Below, one piece after another: positions 18,222 to 27,416 of a stretch of 64,000 nt of DNA (positions are counted from its first letter, which is position 1; every line of letters begins with the position of its first letter). Position numbers and translations under genes: made by a program. The notes under the pieces are model-generated. The model ran no database searches and was not told the DNA's origin. It worked only from the letters and a program-made list of their open reading frames with translations. The DNA is from an archaeon (GTDB taxonomy: Archaea > Micrarchaeota > Micrarchaeia > Norongarragalinales > UBA97): the NCBI GenBank assembly GCA_020057405.1, contig JAGVFW010000003.1, positions 96,001 to 160,000 of the forward strand, written 5' to 3'.

Positions 18222-18476
18222 ATGGCACGCTACAAGATTGAATTTGACCGCGCCGGATGCATCGGGGCTGCTGCCTGCGCCGCAGTCTACCCTGAGAAGT
18301 GGGTGATGAAGGACGACGGCAAGCCCGACATGGTGGGCGCTGTTGAGGGAGCAGACAAGCAGGAACTAATTGTAGAGAACGAGGCGGAAGTGAAAAAGCA
18401 CATCGAGGCCGCCAAATCCTGCCCCGTGCTAGTCATCCACGTGACCAACCTCGACACTGGCGAGAAAATAATTTAG
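18222..18476 (+). CDS. Monocluster ferredoxin, probably [3Fe-4S]
   Basis: CIGAAAC...CP; the second Cys of the motif is replaced by Ala. Confidence 0.85.
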   Translation: MARYKIEFDRAGCIGAAACAAVYPEKWVMKDDGKPDMVGAVEGADKQELIVENEAEVKKHIEAAKSCPVLVIHVTNLDTGEKII

Positions 18477-18823
18477 GCAATCTTTGCGCCGTGTGCATCA
18501 AACCACGCGCGCAAGGCTTCTTTTGACTGCTCGCCTACGATGCGCTCGTTGTTTGCGGCAAGCCATGTTGGCGTACCCGTGATGCTATAAGTTTGCCAAA
18601 GCGAAGCGTCGGCACCTGCGTTCATCATTTTCACGCGGTAGCCCTCGGCCGCAAGCTCGGCGAGGATGGGCTTCATTGCAATGCAGTGCGAGCACGTTTC
18701 CGAGTAGAAGTACATCACGGGCGACTTGTCGTCGGCGTAAGGAGTCTTGGCACCCGTCGAAGTGAGGGCAAAGGCGAGTACGACTACGACGATTGCGCCG
18801 ATTACGATTAGCAGCTTGTTCAT
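18473..18823 (-). CDS. Membrane-anchored thioredoxin-like protein
   Basis: N-terminal TM, FYSETCSHC (CxxC) and GTPT cis-Pro loop. Confidence 0.85.
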   Translation of the reverse strand: MNKLLIVIGAIVVVVLAFALTSTGAKTPYADDKSPVMYFYSETCSHCIAMKPILAELAAEGYRVKMMNAGADASLWQTYSITGTPTWLAANNERIVGEQSKEALRAWFDAHGAKIA

Positions 18824-18870
18824 TGTAAATAGCTTTAACTCCCAGAGCTCTTAAAAACAATTTGGTTGAG

Positions 18871-19683
18871 ATGAGAAACGCCATTTTACTGCTTGCCGTC
18901 CTGTCGCTTGCCGTCTTTGCCAGTGCGTACGAGAATGAAACCAGCGGCGGGGCACTTTGCGGCGCTCCGGTGCCGACAGAATACACGCTGAGCGGTTTGC
19001 AGGCTGGCGGCCTGGCGGTCGCGTTTGTCATTGGCCTTGCGGCGCTTGCTGCCGCAGCGTTAAACTTCAAGCCGCTTGCGAAATACAAGACAACCGCCGT
19101 AGCGGCGGCAATGCTGCTTTGCATCGGCAGCGTGGGCTACTACTTCCTCGCAACTCCAGGCTACAACTCCCTTTTCGATTCTTTCGGCAAGGCCGGAAGC
19201 GTGCACTACCACGCCAACCTCCTCGTGATGATTAACGGAAAGCAGCTGAACCTCTCGCAGGACAAGTACATGAGCACGCTTTCCTCGCCCAAGAGCATGT
19301 TCGTGCACGTTCACGACGGGGAAGGCAGTGTCATCCACTACCACGCGCCCAACGTTCCACTTTGGTACTTCTTCCACATCAGCGGAATGTCGCTAACCTC
19401 CTCGTGCCTGCAAGTAGATGACAATACCTACTGCAGCGACTCAACCCACGTGCTGGAATTGTTCGTAAACGGCGGCCGCGTGCAAGACTTGGCTAACTAC
19501 GTCGCCCGCGACATGCACACCACGACAAACGAGGACAAGCTGCTTTTGTGGTACGGGCCCGACGACGCGGCGGCAATAGCGCAGGCGGAAAGCCAGGTTG
19601 CCAACCACTCGTGCTGGTACGACGAAACCTGCCCATTGCCGGAGGGCGTGACGCTGCCGCCCGAAAGCTGCTCGAGCGGCTGA
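18871..19683 (+). CDS. Membrane protein with His/Cys-rich extracytoplasmic domain (putative metal binding)
   Basis: Signal peptide plus 2 TMs, then HYHA, HVHD, IHYHA and paired Cys. Confidence 0.7.
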   Translation: MRNAILLLAVLSLAVFASAYENETSGGALCGAPVPTEYTLSGLQAGGLAVAFVIGLAALAAAALNFKPLAKYKTTAVAAAMLLCIGSVGYYFLATPGYNSLFDSFGKAGSVHYHANLLVMINGKQLNLSQDKYMSTLSSPKSMFVHVHDGEGSVIHYHAPNVPLWYFFHISGMSLTSSCLQVDDNTYCSDSTHVLELFVNGGRVQDLANYVARDMHTTTNEDKLLLWYGPDDAAAIAQAESQVANHSCWYDETCPLPEGVTLPPESCSSG

Positions 19684-19714
19684 AGGGAAAATAGTTTGGA
19701 AGCGAGCAACTGGA

Positions 19715-20443
19715 CTAGTGCAGGCCGGTAAACGCTTCGCGCCGCACGCGCTTCTTCTCAATGCCGGCACCTTCAAGCATAGTGCACATTGCGGCGACCA
19801 TTGTCGGCCCGGCGCAGACGTACCAGAGGCGCTGGCGGAAGTCGGGAACGTGCTTTTCAACAAACGCCAAGTCAATGCGGCCCTTGTTGCCATCCCACGG
19901 AACGGTGCTTTCCTGGGGACGCGTTATCGTGTGCACCATCTTGAGGTTAGGATTTGCTGCGCACGCTTCCTCTAGCTCGCGGCCGTAGGCGATGAATTCC
20001 GGCAGCTTGTTGCTATAGAGTAGAACCGCGTCAGTAGGCAAACGCTCGTCGTTGATGTGATCCATCATCGACTTGAAGGGCGTGATGCCTACCCCGCCGG
20101 CAATGAAGCCGACTTTCGGCGCGGTAGGGTCGAGAGTGAATGCACCGTAGGGACCTATGATGTTGACGCCGTCACCGTCCTTGACTTCCTTCCACTTGGC
20201 CTTGTAGGGAGAGGCAGTCATTTCCGCAAGCAAGTCGATGTAGGGCGCCGGGCCGACTGCCTTTAGGGGCGAGGAGGCGATTGAGAACGCCTTTGCCCCA
20301 ACGCCTTCGAAGGCAACCATGACGAACTGGCCGGGGGCAAACTCGAGGGACTGGGGCAGCTGAAGCCGCCAGTGGATGTTCTCCACTCCCTCAAGCCTAA
20401 CTTGGTCCGCCTTTGCCTGCAGTCGAAGAATGTTTAGTGGCAT
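19715..20443 (-). CDS. FAD/NAD(P)-binding oxidoreductase (ferredoxin reductase-like)
   Basis: FAPGQF, AFSIASSP, GPYGAF, IAGGVGITPF, LLYSN, YVCAGP and C-terminal EAF. Confidence 0.88.
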   Translation of the reverse strand: MPLNILRLQAKADQVRLEGVENIHWRLQLPQSLEFAPGQFVMVAFEGVGAKAFSIASSPLKAVGPAPYIDLLAEMTASPYKAKWKEVKDGDGVNIIGPYGAFTLDPTAPKVGFIAGGVGITPFKSMMDHINDERLPTDAVLLYSNKLPEFIAYGRELEEACAANPNLKMVHTITRPQESTVPWDGNKGRIDLAFVEKHVPDFRQRLWYVCAGPTMVAAMCTMLEGAGIEKKRVRREAFTGLH

Positions 20444-20498
20444 CTAGTTTAACCCTCAAAAAGCCGTTTAATAGCTTTGGCCGCAAACAAATTAAAAC

Positions 20499-20780
20499 AT
20501 GGCTGTTGGAAAGGCCGTGCTCAAGGTGGTGGGAGGCAAGCTCTTGCGCGCCGAGGTAGAGCACGAGGAAGGCATCATCAAGCGAGTCAAGCTCAGCGGC
20601 GACTTCTTCCTCTACCCCGAGGAGGCGCTTGAGGCGATTGAACTCGACCTGCAGGGCGCCACAGTCGAGCAGGTTGCCGACAGAGTGAATGAGACTGCCA
20701 AGGCACTAAACGCCGAGCTAGTTGGCTTTAGCGCAAAAGACGTGCAGGCGGTTGTCGAAATGGCGGTGAGTTCATCATGA
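20499..20780 (+). CDS. Lipoate-protein ligase accessory (C-terminal) domain, LplB-like
   Basis: K..GGKLL...V...G.I..V.LSGDFFLYPEE; coupled to the catalytic subunit. Confidence 0.85.
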   Translation: MAVGKAVLKVVGGKLLRAEVEHEEGIIKRVKLSGDFFLYPEEALEAIELDLQGATVEQVADRVNETAKALNAELVGFSAKDVQAVVEMAVSSS

Positions 20781-21523
20781 AATGGCGGGTAATTCCGGTA
20801 AGCGAACGGCCGGGCGCGCTCAATATGGCCCTAGACGAGGCGGTAAGCGAGGGAGTCAAGGCCGGCACGACTCAGCCGACAATACGATTCTACTCGTGGA
20901 ACCCATCGTGCGTCAGCATCGGGTACTTTCAGTCAATTGAGGAGGAGGTCAACCTCCCCGAGTGCGAGGCCCGCGGCATTGATGTCGTCCGCAGGATTAC
21001 CGGAGGTGGGGCGGTCTACCACGACCGCGCGGGCGAAATCACTTACTCAGTCATCGCGCCGCAAGAAATGTTTCCGACAGGCATCATCGACAGCTACAAA
21101 GTCATTTGCGGCTGGATTATTGGGGGCTTAGCCGAGCTTGGAGTGCAGGCGGAATTCAAGCCCATCAACGACATTATCGCGGACGGCAAGAAAATCAGCG
21201 GCAACGCACAAACGAGGCGGGGCGGCGTGCTGCACCAGCACGGGACAGTAATCTACGACCTAGACGTTACGACGATGTTTACCGTCCTGCGGGTGAGCAA
21301 GGAGAAAATCAGCGACAAGCTTATTGCTTCAGTCGAGGAGCGCGTCACTTCGCTGCATAAAGTGTGCGGAGCCTCCCGCGAGCAGTGCTACGCGGCCATG
21401 ATGGCCGGCTTCACTGCCGGAAAAGAGTGGTCTCAAGGCGACTTTACCCCAACTGAGCTTGAGCGCGCAGCAGAGCTTGCGAAGGAAAAGTACTCCAGCC
21501 GCGAGTGGAACTTCAGCAAGTGA
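20777..21523 (+). CDS. lplA: Lipoate-protein ligase catalytic subunit
   Basis: NMALDEA, SIGYFQ, RRITGGGAVYHD, NDI...KKISGNAQ and HGT. Confidence 0.9.
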   Translation: MKWRVIPVSERPGALNMALDEAVSEGVKAGTTQPTIRFYSWNPSCVSIGYFQSIEEEVNLPECEARGIDVVRRITGGGAVYHDRAGEITYSVIAPQEMFPTGIIDSYKVICGWIIGGLAELGVQAEFKPINDIIADGKKISGNAQTRRGGVLHQHGTVIYDLDVTTMFTVLRVSKEKISDKLIASVEERVTSLHKVCGASREQCYAAMMAGFTAGKEWSQGDFTPTELERAAELAKEKYSSREWNFSK

Positions 21524-21527
21524 ACGC

Positions 21528-22961
21528 CTACTTCTTTTTCGGCAGGTGAGTCGAGCTTCCTAGCGCCACTTCGCAGGCCTCCGAGAGTGCCTCTGGGAAG
21601 GTGGGGTGCGTGTGAATCGTGTTCGCTATGTCTTCAAGCATCAGCCCCGCCTCTACTGCGACTGCAACTTCGCCGATGAGGTCTGCAGCCGAGTGGCCGA
21701 CGATGGTGCCGCCAAGGACGGTGTGAGTCGCCGGGTCGGCGACGATTTTGACATAACCGCTTGGCGCGTTGCTCGCAAGAGCCCTGCCGAGGGCGCGGAA
21801 CGGGAACTTGCCGACAATGACGCTAGTGCCTTTTGCTTTTGCCTCGTGTTCTTGTAAGCCGACTGAGGCGATTTCGGGGTCGGAAAATACTACGGCTGGC
21901 ACGACTTTGACGTCGTAAACAACGTCGTGGCCGGCGATGACTTCGGCAGCGACCCTGCCTTGCCGGTAGCCGCGGTGCGCGAGCATGGGGTGGCCGGTGA
22001 CGTCGCCGATGGCGTAAATGTCCTCGTTGGAGGAACGTAGCTTGGCGTCAACCTTGATGAAGCCGCGCTCGTCAAGCGAGACGCCGGCGTGCTCAATGCC
22101 AAGGCCCTGCGTTGTCGGGTTGTGGCCAACCGCCACAAGCACTTTTTCCACGTGCAGTTCGCTAGTTCCACTGGCCCCGTTTGAGGAAAAGTGGATTGTC
22201 ACACCGCTTGCGTCAATGTCGCACTTTTCAGCCTTTGAGTTGAAGAAGAACTGCACGCCTAGGCCCTTTAGCTTCTCAAGCACCATGCTTGACGCCTCGG
22301 GGTCGCAAACGCTTAGGATGTGGTCGCCGTGCTCGATTACGCTGACTTTCGTGCCAAGCTTGGCGAAGACCGTACCGAGCTCGATGCCGACGTAGCCGCC
22401 GCCAAAGACCGCCATCGTGGCGGGAATCTTGTCAAGGGCGAGTGCCTCGCGCGAGGAGAGGATGTTGACTCCGTCGAAGGCGGCTTCGGCAAGCTTGCGG
22501 GGCGTGCTGCCTGTTGCGATGACCGCCTTTCTAAACTCGAATGCGCGCACGCCGTTGTCGGTGGTGACTGCAAGCCGCTTTTGCGACTGGAATACCGCCG
22601 TGCCTTTGACGATTTCGATGTTGTATTGCTTGAAGAGCGCTTCGAGGCCGGAATTGAGTTGGCGTATGACGCGGTTCTTCCACTCTTGCGTCTTGACCCA
22701 GTCAAGCTTGACCTCGCCCACCGTGATGCCCAGGTCGCCTAGGTGCTTGACCTCGTCGAAAGCCGAGGCGGCATGGATGAGGGCCTTTGAGGGAATGCAG
22801 CCGTGCAGGAGGCAGAGGCCGCCTAAGCCGCCGGGGCCGTCCTTGTCAACGAGAGTGACTTGCTTGCCAAGCTGCGCCAAGCGCAAAGCACAAGTATAGC
22901 CAGCGGGACCGCCGCCGATTACGATGATGTCAGCGCCTTCAGCAAGCTCGCCCATTACCAC
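21528..22961 (-). CDS. lpdA: Dihydrolipoamide dehydrogenase (E3)
   Basis: GGGPAGY, GGLCLLHGCIPSKAL, GGGYVG and HTHPTFPE. Confidence 0.95.
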   Translation of the reverse strand: MVMGELAEGADIIVIGGGPAGYTCALRLAQLGKQVTLVDKDGPGGLGGLCLLHGCIPSKALIHAASAFDEVKHLGDLGITVGEVKLDWVKTQEWKNRVIRQLNSGLEALFKQYNIEIVKGTAVFQSQKRLAVTTDNGVRAFEFRKAVIATGSTPRKLAEAAFDGVNILSSREALALDKIPATMAVFGGGYVGIELGTVFAKLGTKVSVIEHGDHILSVCDPEASSMVLEKLKGLGVQFFFNSKAEKCDIDASGVTIHFSSNGASGTSELHVEKVLVAVGHNPTTQGLGIEHAGVSLDERGFIKVDAKLRSSNEDIYAIGDVTGHPMLAHRGYRQGRVAAEVIAGHDVVYDVKVVPAVVFSDPEIASVGLQEHEAKAKGTSVIVGKFPFRALGRALASNAPSGYVKIVADPATHTVLGGTIVGHSAADLIGEVAVAVEAGLMLEDIANTIHTHPTFPEALSEACEVALGSSTHLPKKK

Positions 22962-23054
22962 GACAACCGCACCCCCGAAAGTTCATACTAATTCATACTA
23001 GAGATAAGTTGGTAGTCGGGGAAAGCTTTTAAGCTTTCTTTGCGGCCCCTGCGC

Positions 23055-24413
23055 CTAGAGTTGGCTGCGCCAGTAGTCAGAGGGCTTTTGCAGTTCGCTG
23101 GCCACGATGGCCGCAAAGCGCGCCCCATCCCCACCGTCGATGATGCGGTGGTCGTAGGTGACGGTCAGGGGCATGATTTTTCTGGCGACGATTGCGCCGT
23201 TTACCACGCGCGGCAGTTCCTTGCTGCGGTAGAGGCCGAGGATTGCGGTTTCGGGGTGGTTGATGATTGGCGTTGCGCCATTGCCGCCGACGCTCCCGAT
23301 ATTCGTGATGGTAAAAGTGCTGCCGCGCATTTCATCCATTGAGGCTTTTCTCTCGCGGCCCCTGGCGGCAAGGTCGTTGATGCGGCGGGCGAGCTCAAAT
23401 ACGCCGAGCTTGTCGGCATCCTTGACGTTTACTACGATGAGACCGTCGGGAGTGTCAACCGCGATGCCCAGGTTGTAGTACTTTTTGTAGACAATCTCGT
23501 TCGTCATTTCGTCGAGAGAGGCGTTGAAGACGGGTAATTGCTTGAGGCCAACAAGCACGGCTTTTGCCGCAAACGGAAGGAGCGTGAGGTGGATGCCTTT
23601 TGCCGCCGCGTCGGCCTTTAGCGACTCGCGGAGGGCCCAGAGGTCGGTAACGTCGGCTTCCTCAAAGTGCGTCACTTGCGGTGCCTTTGAAATGCTCTCA
23701 AGCATTTTTCTCGCAACTGCTTTTCTAAGCGAGGACATTGAAACGCGCTCGACTGGGCCGTCAAGCCTAAGCGGGGTTGGTGCAGGGGCGGAGGGCATTG
23801 CAGCCTGCATTGCCGGGGAGGCAGCTGAAGGAGCGGCACTTGAACCGGACTGGATTGCCTTCTGCACGTCCTCTGCGCTGATGCGGCCGCCGTGGCCTGT
23901 GCCTACGACGCGGGAAATGTCAACGTTTAGCTGCCGTGCCAGGTTTCGCACTGCGGGAGTGGCAAGAGCGGAGCCAGAGGAAGGCGGCGATGATGCGGAT
24001 GCAGACGGTAGTGGTGCCACTGCGGGTTGTGCGGGCCGAGAACCGCTTATGGTGTAGTGGTCTTTTTCGCCTGCGACGCCTATGACGTGCTGGCTCGTGG
24101 CGGGCATTGGAACGACGTTGGCTAGCGACACGCCAGCGTGGCTCTCGCCTCCAAGCTGTGGGGGCACTGTCTCGCCTGGGTTGCCGATGACTAAGAGTAT
24201 TTGGCCGACCTTGACCATTTCACCTTCCTTGAAATAGAGCTTGAGCATGGTGCCGGTAGACGGGCACGGGAGTTCGACAATTGCCTTGTCGGTCTCGACT
24301 TCGCCGATTATGGCGTCGGCCTTGACAACGTCGCCGTCCTTGACTAGCCACTTGACAATCTTGCCTTCGTGGACGCCTTCACCAAGATCCGGAAACTTGA
24401 AAACAAATGCCAT
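23055..24413 (-). CDS. pdhC: 2-oxoacid (pyruvate) dehydrogenase E2, dihydrolipoamide acyltransferase
   Basis: Lipoyl domain ETDKA, E3-binding ATPAVR...GTGHGGRI and catalytic DHRIIDG. Confidence 0.92.
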   Translation of the reverse strand: MAFVFKFPDLGEGVHEGKIVKWLVKDGDVVKADAIIGEVETDKAIVELPCPSTGTMLKLYFKEGEMVKVGQILLVIGNPGETVPPQLGGESHAGVSLANVVPMPATSQHVIGVAGEKDHYTISGSRPAQPAVAPLPSASASSPPSSGSALATPAVRNLARQLNVDISRVVGTGHGGRISAEDVQKAIQSGSSAAPSAASPAMQAAMPSAPAPTPLRLDGPVERVSMSSLRKAVARKMLESISKAPQVTHFEEADVTDLWALRESLKADAAAKGIHLTLLPFAAKAVLVGLKQLPVFNASLDEMTNEIVYKKYYNLGIAVDTPDGLIVVNVKDADKLGVFELARRINDLAARGRERKASMDEMRGSTFTITNIGSVGGNGATPIINHPETAILGLYRSKELPRVVNGAIVARKIMPLTVTYDHRIIDGGDGARFAAIVASELQKPSDYWRSQL

Positions 24414-24453
24414 TTTTCCCACCAACTCTGATTGTTTAACAACTTAAGCGAAT

Positions 24454-24936
24454 TTAATTATGCAAGTGCGCAGGCGAATCGACGTAGTTTAGGGCCGCCA
24501 CAAACACGGGCCAAAGCGAAAAGTGCGTCGCCACGAGCGGAACGGTTTTCTTTGACTCGATTACCTTTGCCTTGTTTCGCTGCCATTTCCCCAGGTCAAA
24601 GTCAGTCTCTTCAACCGCCTTGTCAATTGCCGGAAACACCACGTCGTGCTCCAAATCAAGCTTCGCGCGCACTTTGTCATCCAGGTTAAGCCCTTTCCGC
24701 AACCGCTCGACCCTCTCCCGCAAATCTCCTTCGGGAAGTCTGTGGAAAAAATTGTTCATGAACGCGAAGGCCGCGACGTGCGCTTTGCGCTCGTCACTAA
24801 GCTTCGGGTTTATTTGTCTTAACAAAAGCGCGTGGTTGAAGGCCTCGACTAAGCCCGCTTCGACTTCCGGAACGTGCCGCGTCGGAATGCGGTCGAACAA
24901 CAGCGTCTTCTTTTGCGCCGGACTCAGCCTATCCAA
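24454..24936 (-). CDS. Hypothetical protein inserted between E1beta and E2 genes
   Basis: 160-aa ORF filling the gap on the operon strand; no recognisable motif. Confidence 0.55.
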   Translation of the reverse strand: MDRLSPAQKKTLLFDRIPTRHVPEVEAGLVEAFNHALLLRQINPKLSDERKAHVAAFAFMNNFFHRLPEGDLRERVERLRKGLNLDDKVRAKLDLEHDVVFPAIDKAVEETDFDLGKWQRNKAKVIESKKTVPLVATHFSLWPVFVAALNYVDSPAHLHN

Positions 24937-24954
24937 TAACTTTCGCCCCGCTCT

Positions 24955-25944
24955 TCAGTATCCCGCACTCTTCTGCACCGCCGTTAGGATGCGCTTGATG
25001 TCGGGGATGAAGAAGTCCTCATTCGTGCCGAGCGGAAGCTGGGTATCCCAACCGCACACGCGCATTGGCGCTGCCTGCAGGGAATCGAAGGCGCGTTCGT
25101 TGACGCGGGCGATGACTTCGGCTGCAACGCCGAAGCTTTTCGGCGCTTCCTGCACGACGACGAGCCGCCCCGTCTTGCGCACGCTCTTGACCACTTCGTC
25201 AGTCTCGTCGAGGGGGGAAATCGTGCGCAAGTCGATTACCTCGCAGAGGATGCCGTGCTCTTTCGCCTTTTCGGCGGCGTCGAGAGTTTGCTTCATTTGC
25301 GGGCCCCAACTAACGAGAGTGACCTTGTCGCCCTGCTGCACGACGTTGGCAACGCCGATTGGCACGGTGTACTCTTCGTCCGGCACTTCGGCCTTAATCG
25401 AGCGGTAGAGGCGGGTGGGCTCCTCGAACAGCGTGGTGCAGTCGCCGCGGATGGCGCTGGCGAGAAGGCCTTTTGCATCATAAGGGTTGCTTGGGCAGAC
25501 GACTTTGAGGCCGGGAACGTGGGCGTAAGTCGCTTCGATGCACTCGCAGTGGTGCTCGAGGGCTCGGATGCCGCCGCCGCTTGGCGTGCGGATTGTAATC
25601 GGCATTTTCGTCTTGCCGCGGCTTCGGTAGTAGAGGCGCGCGCAGTGGTTGACGATGTGATTGTGGGCGACGCCGACAAAGCCGCTGAATTGGATTTCTG
25701 GAACCGGCCGCAGGCCCGCTGCGGCCATGCCGATTGACGTTGCGATGATGTTCTCTTCAGCAAGGGGCGTGTCAATCACGCGTTCTTTGCCGAATTTCGC
25801 CTGCAGGCCGTCGGTTGCGCGAAAGACTCCGCCCTCGTGGCCGATGTCCTCGCCTAGGGCGATTACGGTGCCGTCGCGGCCCATTTCCTGGTGCAGCCCT
25901 GCGTTGATTGCCTGAATCGTTGTCATCAAAGTCATTTCACTCAC
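24955..25944 (-). CDS. pdhB: 2-oxoacid dehydrogenase E1 beta subunit
   Basis: GEDIG..GGVFRAT, DTPLAE, EIQF, GGGI...HH and IDLRTISPLD. Confidence 0.93.
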   Translation of the reverse strand: MSEMTLMTTIQAINAGLHQEMGRDGTVIALGEDIGHEGGVFRATDGLQAKFGKERVIDTPLAEENIIATSIGMAAAGLRPVPEIQFSGFVGVAHNHIVNHCARLYYRSRGKTKMPITIRTPSGGGIRALEHHCECIEATYAHVPGLKVVCPSNPYDAKGLLASAIRGDCTTLFEEPTRLYRSIKAEVPDEEYTVPIGVANVVQQGDKVTLVSWGPQMKQTLDAAEKAKEHGILCEVIDLRTISPLDETDEVVKSVRKTGRLVVVQEAPKSFGVAAEVIARVNERAFDSLQAAPMRVCGWDTQLPLGTNEDFFIPDIKRILTAVQKSAGY

Positions 25945-26348
25945 TCCTTCACGTTAACGCGTACCACATTTACAGGCTTGCCGGGTTGCAGGAGCTTTAC
26001 GACGTCCTCCAGCGCTCTTGCGTGGTGGATGAACGTCTTCTCCGGTCCCGAATACCTTACCGAGGCGACTGAACCCTTCATCAAGAGCACCGCGACGAAA
26101 TTGCCCGGAGCGTGATGCCGAATTAGGTCGTCCGTGCTAGTAACACTCGAGATAACCGGTTTTGCGAGCGCTTTGGCTGCTTCGGGCGTGAGCTTAGTCG
26201 CCACTCCGAGCACCAGGTGGTGATTGTCAGACTGGCTGGCAACGGTGTCAAAGCCTGCGCGTCGCAAATAGGCCTCCGCGCTTGCCATGAAAGGCGTAGC
26301 GGCCTGAATTCGATTTAGTTTTTCTGTCCTTATGCCTCTTGAATTCAT
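25941..26348 (-). CDS. Hypothetical protein inserted between E1alpha and E1beta genes
   Basis: 135-aa ORF with 4-nt start/stop overlaps to both pdhA and pdhB. Confidence 0.7.
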   Translation of the reverse strand: MNSRGIRTEKLNRIQAATPFMASAEAYLRRAGFDTVASQSDNHHLVLGVATKLTPEAAKALAKPVISSVTSTDDLIRHHAPGNFVAVLLMKGSVASVRYSGPEKTFIHHARALEDVVKLLQPGKPVNVVRVNVKE

Positions 26349-27415
26349 AGCCCGTACACCTCGCTAAACTCGGCCTTCTGGCGCTGGAGTTCCGCCGTCA
26401 TCTGGGGGTAGACGAAGTCGAACATTTGGGAGGGCGAGTCCTTGAATTCCTCGGCCTTGGCGACCGCAGCCTCGACTTCCGTTACAATCGCCGCGTCGAG
26501 CTTGGCCTGCACGTCGTTGTTCCAAAGGCCCTTGCGCTCTAGGTACTTGCGGTAGCGGACGGCCCAGTCGAGCTTGCGCCAAGGATCGGCTTCGGCGTCT
26601 TCCCGGTACTTCTTGGGGTCATCCGCGGTGCTATGCGGCCCGAACCGGTAGGCAATTGCCTCAACGAGAGTCGGGCCTTCGCCCTTGCGCGCGCGGTCAA
26701 ATGCTTCGGAGAGGACGTGCTCCATTGCAAGCGGATCCATGCCATCAGCTTGCACGCCGTGGATGCCGTACCCCATTGCGCGCTGGGCGATTGTCTCCGA
26801 CGCCGTTTGCATCATGCGGGGAGTGCTGATTGCGTACTGGTTGTTCGTGCAGATGAACACGACGGGCAGCTTGTAGATGCCGCTAAAGTTGAGCGCCTCG
26901 TGGAAGTCGCCTTGGCTGCTTGCACCGTCGCCGAAAAAAGCGATGGCAATTTTGCCGTTTTTGAGGAGCTTGTTGGCGTAGGCGGCACCCGGGGCGTGCG
27001 CGATTTGGGAGCCAACCGGGATGGAGAGCGGGAAGTCGTTAGTCTTGTCCGGAATTGCCATTCCGTCCTCGTGGCCCTTGAGGTAGGTAAAGAGCATTGA
27101 CATGGGAGCGCCGCGGGCGAGGTAGAATGCGCTTTCGCGGTAGGAAGGGAATGCCCAGTCCTTGGGATCAAGCAGACGAGCTGCAGTGACTTGGATGGCT
27201 TCCTGGCCCTCAAAGGGCGTGTAGGTGAATGACCTGCCCTGCCTCTGGAGTGAGACGGCCTTTCGGTCAAAGGCACGGGTGGTTGACATGATGACGTAAC
27301 GGCGGACCAGCTCTTCTTGGGAAAGAGTGGGCTCGAGGCTCGCATCCGCATTGCCTTCCTCATCAAGCACTGAAACGTGCTTTACATGGCCACTAAACGC
27401 TATTGTCTCCGGCAT
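26345..27415 (-). CDS. pdhA: 2-oxoacid dehydrogenase E1 alpha subunit
   Basis: LQRQGR, GQEA, TPP motif GDGASSQGDFHEALN...NN and YRFGPHSTADDP. Confidence 0.93.
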   Translation of the reverse strand: MPETIAFSGHVKHVSVLDEEGNADASLEPTLSQEELVRRYVIMSTTRAFDRKAVSLQRQGRSFTYTPFEGQEAIQVTAARLLDPKDWAFPSYRESAFYLARGAPMSMLFTYLKGHEDGMAIPDKTNDFPLSIPVGSQIAHAPGAAYANKLLKNGKIAIAFFGDGASSQGDFHEALNFSGIYKLPVVFICTNNQYAISTPRMMQTASETIAQRAMGYGIHGVQADGMDPLAMEHVLSEAFDRARKGEGPTLVEAIAYRFGPHSTADDPKKYREDAEADPWRKLDWAVRYRKYLERKGLWNNDVQAKLDAAIVTEVEAAVAKAEEFKDSPSQMFDFVYPQMTAELQRQKAEFSEVYGL

Positions 27416-27416
27416 T

